Part shown: positions 59,401-64,000 of the stretch, piece by piece | Position numbering within the stretch: the stretch's first letter is position 1 | Layout: each line of letters begins with the position of its first letter | Assembly: GCA_000091205.1 (NCBI GenBank) | Contig: AP006492.2 | DNA from: Cyanidioschyzon merolae | Lineage: Eukaryota | DNA length: 64,000 bases | Reading direction: 5' to 3' (one strand) | Program-made: the position numbers and the translations under genes | The notes under the pieces: model-generated | Database searches by the model: none | Told to the model about the DNA's origin: nothing | What the model saw: only the letters and a program-made list of their open reading frames with translations

Positions 59401-62400
59401 AGTCCAGTGGCGAACTCATCATCAGGAAGAGGCCAGCAGCTTCCGCGTGCTGTCGCAGAGCCTGGATGACGCGGGTGCGGCACAGGTGCACCTGACGGCT
59501 CGCCCAAAAAGCCAGAACGTTCGCTTCGGTAGCGCGTGAAGGAGCGCTGCCCCAGATAGAGGCGTTTGTTGCATCCTCGTGACTCACCGCGGCTGGTGCA
59601 GACCGCTCACCTCCGACGCTGATGGCAACTGGCAACGTCGAGTTTTGCTCGCACCAGCTAGCGGCAGCTGTATCGAACAAGTCCAGCACCCGTGCCAATC
59701 GATCCAGATCGTATTCAATTACCGGACGTAATGGATCATAGAACAAGGAGATCGATGTTCGAGTGATACCGCTCCAAAGCGCTTCGGCAGGTACTTCGCT
59801 TGCCGCTGCAAAACACCGAGCATCCATGGGCTTTGTCGCAGACGCTGCTAGAGCATTCCCTCGTCCAGTAACGTCGCCACAAGGCAATGCTTGCCCCTGG
59901 AAAGCTGACGCTTGCGCGTGTGCTGCCTCGACGGGCTGCTCGGAAGCAGCGCTGCCGCCTACCCACAGCGTCAAACAACGGCTCATGAGCGCCTCGGAGA
60001 GAGCCGGGCTCTGACGTGCAGCACACCCTGCAGCAGCTTCCGAACAAGTTGCCGTCAGAAAAATACGACACCTGGGATGGATGACAAAGCGTCGGATGCC
60101 GGTGTCGCTGGGGTCATCGTGTTGGGATAACATTGGTGGCGCTTCGGGTACCGGGAGCTCGAAAACATCCTCCTCAAGCAGCGGATTCAAACGATCCAGT
60201 AGAGCCGGTGACAACGCCTCCACGTGCCGCAGTAAGAGCCAGTGTCCTTGTTCAAGGGCAGTCAGCAGGCGCGACGGACGCCAAACGAAGTACTCAGGGT
60301 CTTGTCTTGCGGACGATGAAGACGAACGTGCTCTACTGGAGTTGTGCAGCGACGACGAGGCGCATATCGTTTCCCTAGTCCGCTGCTCTGAAGCGTGGCT
60401 GTAACCCCCGAACAGATCCGTAATATCGGTTTGGTTGCTGAGCACCACCTCTGTGAGCGGCATCGCCAGGATTTGCGCCATACCCTGAACAAGGCTGGCT
60501 TTGCCGCAGCTCGCTGGACCAACCAGCAAGCAGGGCCATCGCTGGGTAACCGCTACGGCTAAGGCTGTCCAGTGGGGTGCCTGACAGGGCCTCCATTCCG
60601 GCACGCTCTCAATGGCGAGACTGGGTCCCAGCAGACCGTGTGCACTGGGACCCTGCACCTCGCGTCCCGCTACGAGAACTGGACCCCAGCAAAAGCACCA
60701 CTTCAAGTTGCGGGATGCGTCTGGTGTTTGGATCGTATCCCCGATGTACAAGTCAGAGGCGCTTGGCAGCTGTTTCGATTCGTGTGCGGATACTGTGCCC
60801 AGGGGAACCGCATCACCCGAGTTTTCCGCCAGAGCGTCCCCCGAGACTGCTACAGGAACGTTGTTCCCAGTCTGGAACTGGGGTGCTATCTCAGAGGATT
60901 GCTCTGCCTCCATGGAATGCGGGGTCCGTGAAGAATCGTCTCGAGTTAGCGACTGAGACAGTGGACCTGCGTGCATCGCTGTTGCCCTGTCTGCGCGGTG
61001 CTCGCTAGTGTTGTTGCGACAGAAAAGTGCACAAGGATCCATTTGGAGCCACTTTCGGAAAAGCTGCTCCCGGAACGCAGAAACATACCGAGGCTGCCAG
61101 CAACTGCACGTCACGAGCGATGCAGTGCCGCCCACAACCGGGTCTACGATACCGCAAAGGTGATCCTCCTCAGTGGATGCTGCATCCATCCGGAGCACAA
61201 CTTGCGGCAACGGGGTCCGAAACGACCACCAGGAACCATCTGGTGCTGGCGGATATTTCTCAAAAGTGACTCGTTTGCGCCCGGGTGTCGGTATAACTTG
61301 GTTTCCTGCATTTGACTCGCCGTTGTGTGCATCCAAGCGCTGCGTAACGAAAACTCGTGATAGAGAAAGCGAACCTTTTGGATGCTTTTCCGTGACCGTC
61401 TGTGAAAGGTATCCTTTCCGGTGCGCATGATCACTATCATCGTTATCCTTGTTCTTATCGTCATCATCGTCGTCGTCGTCGTCAGCAGCGGCAGCAGCAG
61501 CAGCACCGGATTTAGTTGCATGCTCATGGACTGCCGCCAATACACGAGATGCTTTCCCGGGTGCTTCCGCATCTCCAGGGCTTGACCCCTGCACAGTATC
61601 CTTCCCAAATACCGGATGCACGGCAACATCCACTTTGCGCCCTGTATGCGCAACAGCTAGAGTCTCGGGGACTGAAACCGCTCGTTGGGCAACCTCCAGC
61701 GGCATCGGCAGAAGCAGCTGAGCCCAGCTGCGCAGCGGCACACTGGGGTACGCATTCCAGAGCGTTGCCAGACGCAGCACATCCCGCATCGTGGCTGGTT
61801 GTGCATGAACCAGGCTCAACTTTTGAGGCCACCAGTGCGTCAGCTGTTGCAACACGTCAGGAAACTGCTCCAATGATGGAAATCGTAGCCTCAGAACCGC
61901 TTCATAGTCTGCAGCATCATAGTCGTCGCAGGGAATCCGCCAAAAGCGGTTCAGAAAACTGCGTGGGAGCGAACGCCGCCCCAGCGTCGTTCCCGCAGGA
62001 TTCTGTGTTGCGAAGAAACGAAAACCCTCGGATGCTGGAAGCGAAAGTGCAAGCTCCGGAACATGGAGCATTCGGCGATGATCCAACACTGCATTGAGAC
62101 CTTCGAGAACCGACTGACTCGCCAGGTTCAGTTCATCAACGAGAATCCAGTCGCCTCGCTCCATTGCCGTATACAGTGGACCTCTCCGGAAGCAGAACCC
62201 GCTGCCGTGGGGAACAAAGGTCCCCACCAGGTCCATCATTTCGGTGAACTCGCTGAGATTCACCCGGTGCACCTTTTTGGAGAGCGTTTCAGCAAGCGCC
62301 AAAACAAGTTGGGTCTTCCCGACCCCTGGCGGGCCCTCCAGCAGAACAGGTCGCTGATCCACAGCACGAACTCGCTCCAAGCGTCGCAGGTTGCGTTGCA

Positions 62401-63759
62401 CTGTGGGAGCAGTCCAGCACCAGGAAGGGCGCCCGGTCGACTCGACCGGTTGGCGCTGGTGCTGCAGTACTTGTCGCTCATGTTGCAGTTGCACACCATG
62501 TATCGCAACTGCATGTTCGTCTTGAAAAAGGCTCTGCAACTCGTTCCGAAGCGAGAGTCGAGACACTGGCGACAAACTCCAGGCACTCTCCCAGAAGGCT
62601 TCGAGGGCCTCGTAGAGGGCCGCAACCACAGCACCTCGATGTTGCTGTTGCTGTTGCTGTTGCTGTTGCGCTCGATAGATACGAATACAGGCCACGAGGT
62701 CCCGAATGCTCATAGCAGGCTGCTGGAGCATACGCTGACGCTGGAGAAGCCATTCGAGGGCGCGCTTCCAGAGTTCCAGCACCAGCGGTGGTTCGCTTGC
62801 CAACAGCTCCGCAGCCACCGGGAAGAGATCATCGCAGGAGCCCTCATAGGGTATCCATATCTCGGTAAAGCGATTCCGTATGGCAGCGGAGAGTTCCTTC
62901 TTGCCAAAGTCACCGCTGGGGTTCATACAAGCGAAGACGCCAAAGCCCGGAGCTGCCTGCACCTCTGGAAGGGGTTCACCTCCGTGTTCACTGAGCACCA
63001 GTTTGCCTGCGGGTTCTAGCACACTGTTCAGACGCTCCACCACAGCGTCGTCGATCATGTTGATTTCATCAATCAGGAGGAACGCACCTTGTCTCATCGC
63101 CGAGGTGAGTGCTCCATCTTGCCACTTGAAACGAGGTTTTCTCGTGCTCGTAACCACTTTGGATGCCGTTGTAGCGCAACTCTGCGGCACGGCAGTCGAT
63201 GGAGGATCGTTCAGGGCCTCTGTGCTCACTACGGGAACGTAACGACCTACGAGGTCCGCAGCTTCCGTATGACGATGACCATTCAGGGTATAGAGTGGCC
63301 GATTCAGGGCAGCAGCTAATACGGCACAGACCGTGCTTTTGCCGATACCGGTCTCACCAATTAGAAGTACCGGTTCTTGGTTAAGAATGGCGTGTAAAGC
63401 GAGTCCTAGTACGCGTTGCAGACTCGGAACCATGACGAGTCCCAATGCCTCCACCGCAGTTGCCTCAATGCGTTGCCACAGGAGTGTCCCCAACGGCACC
63501 GAGCCCGATCGATGCAACGCGTTGCCAGTTTGGTGATGTCGCTGCTGTTGCTGCTGCTGCGTCTGATAGACTTGATCTGCGCTTGCTTGGGGCTGCTGTT
63601 GCGGCATTTCTGCCTCATGGTCTTGATCTGCGCCTGTACTGTCGAATAGATTCAACCAGGGACACTGGTCGCGCTCAGGTAGCGAATCCAGCAGTTCCCG
63701 GAGCGTCAACGGTGGAAGCACATCCACCATCGCCATGATGGTATGCTCCCTAGTCACCG

Positions 63760-63801
<42 letters not shown>

Positions 63802-64000
63802 GCTCGCTTGTCGACGCTTGCACGCCACTGGACGTCCTCGCGTCATTTCGTGGTGACTCCTCCACGACACCCAGACCTATGTGTTGACAGAGTACTCTCC
63901 AGACAGCGTTACGTTCCGCGGGTTCGCGCAGGCGCTCCACCAGCAAACAACGACCGTGGAAACGTAGCGCTTGCCGATCACGTGCTCGCCGGTTGGCCCA
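50477..64000 (-). CDS. MDN1: Midasin (MDN1), partial. The C-terminal roughly 4500 aa including the VWA/MIDAS domain are present. The N-terminus (AAA1) lies beyond the window end because the reading frame is still open at 64000
   Basis: Successive AAA P-loops are GETGIGKST, GPPGVGKTQ and GPASCGKAS, with Walker B ILVDELNLA. The long D/E-rich linker is present. C-terminal DIVVAVDDSASMHESGA...LLLILSDGR is the MIDAS/VWA motif. Confidence 0.9.
57489..57724 (-). repeat. In-frame 78-bp x3 tandem repeat inside the midasin CDS, encoding a 26-aa unit
   Basis: The unit gcgactcgcggactgctcggtttccgaacgaccgtgctcttcgatgccaagcaccggtgcagcagtcggatgttgaaa repeats with period 78 (cggttt at 57505, 57583, 57661). 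The protein reads FEHPTAAPVL(C/G)IEEH(D/G)RSET(E/G)QSASR three times. Confidence 0.85.
63756..63800 (-). repeat. (CAG)n / (GCT)n trinucleotide run encoding poly-Ala in midasin. It is one of several codon-triplet microsatellites in this gene
   Basis: cagcagcagcagcagcagcagcagcagcagcagca. Similar runs are at 58535-58566, 62650-62680 (gttgct x5, poly-Gln) and 61455-61500. Confidence 0.8.

Noticed and set aside
1-64000. Kinetoplastid (Leishmania/Trypanosoma) origin, suggested by intronless genes and poly-Q/poly-A tracts
   Set aside because: Genes alternate strands about every one or two genes instead of forming long unidirectional polycistronic clusters. Tryptophan and chlorophyll-pathway genes with plastid-style presequences are present.
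1-64000. Prokaryotic features (CRISPR arrays, operons, sigma-70 promoters, rho-independent terminators)
   Set aside because: The gene content is unmistakably eukaryotic (midasin, Miro, WDR48, kinesin, CENP-C, prohibitin). No direct-repeat/spacer array is visible anywhere in the window.

Overview
This is eukaryotic nuclear DNA, not prokaryotic. It is about 55% GC and compact, with genes on both strands. Every recognisable gene is one uninterrupted ORF, so no introns are evident. About 20 genes are confidently or tentatively identified. They include a partial midasin/MDN1 (13.5 kb, running off the window end, N-terminus missing), Miro GTPase, WDR48/UAF1, prohibitin, Trm5, a CCR4/nocturnin-family deadenylase, a divergent motor-only kinesin and a protein with a CENP-C motif. 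There is also a set of plastid-type metabolic genes: a stand-alone indole-3-glycerol-phosphate synthase, an HCAR/BciB-family Fe-S flavoprotein, an ACT-domain phenylalanine hydroxylase and a shikimate-kinase-like protein. Several of these carry Arg/Ser-rich N-terminal extensions that look like transit peptides without a signal peptide. Together with the strand alternation, this points to an intron-poor alga with a primary plastid, for example a Cyanidioschyzon-type red alga or a small green alga; this is an inference I could not verify. The supplied ORF track uses non-ATG starts (TTG/GTG/CTG shown as M). I checked several starts by hand and moved them to the first in-frame ATG. The coordinates I derived by line counting may be off by a few nucleotides. 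The most unusual content is intergenic. Four diverged copies (about 65-70% nt identity) of a roughly 3.4 kb element lie in the same orientation. Similarity between copies is clear at the protein level but the reading frames are broken, as in a pseudogene family or dead mobile element. There is also a decayed Tc1/IS630-type transposase remnant, a second small pseudogene-like repeat pair, and an in-frame 78-bp x3 tandem duplication with many codon-triplet repeats inside midasin. No tRNA, rRNA or CRISPR features could be supported by eye.
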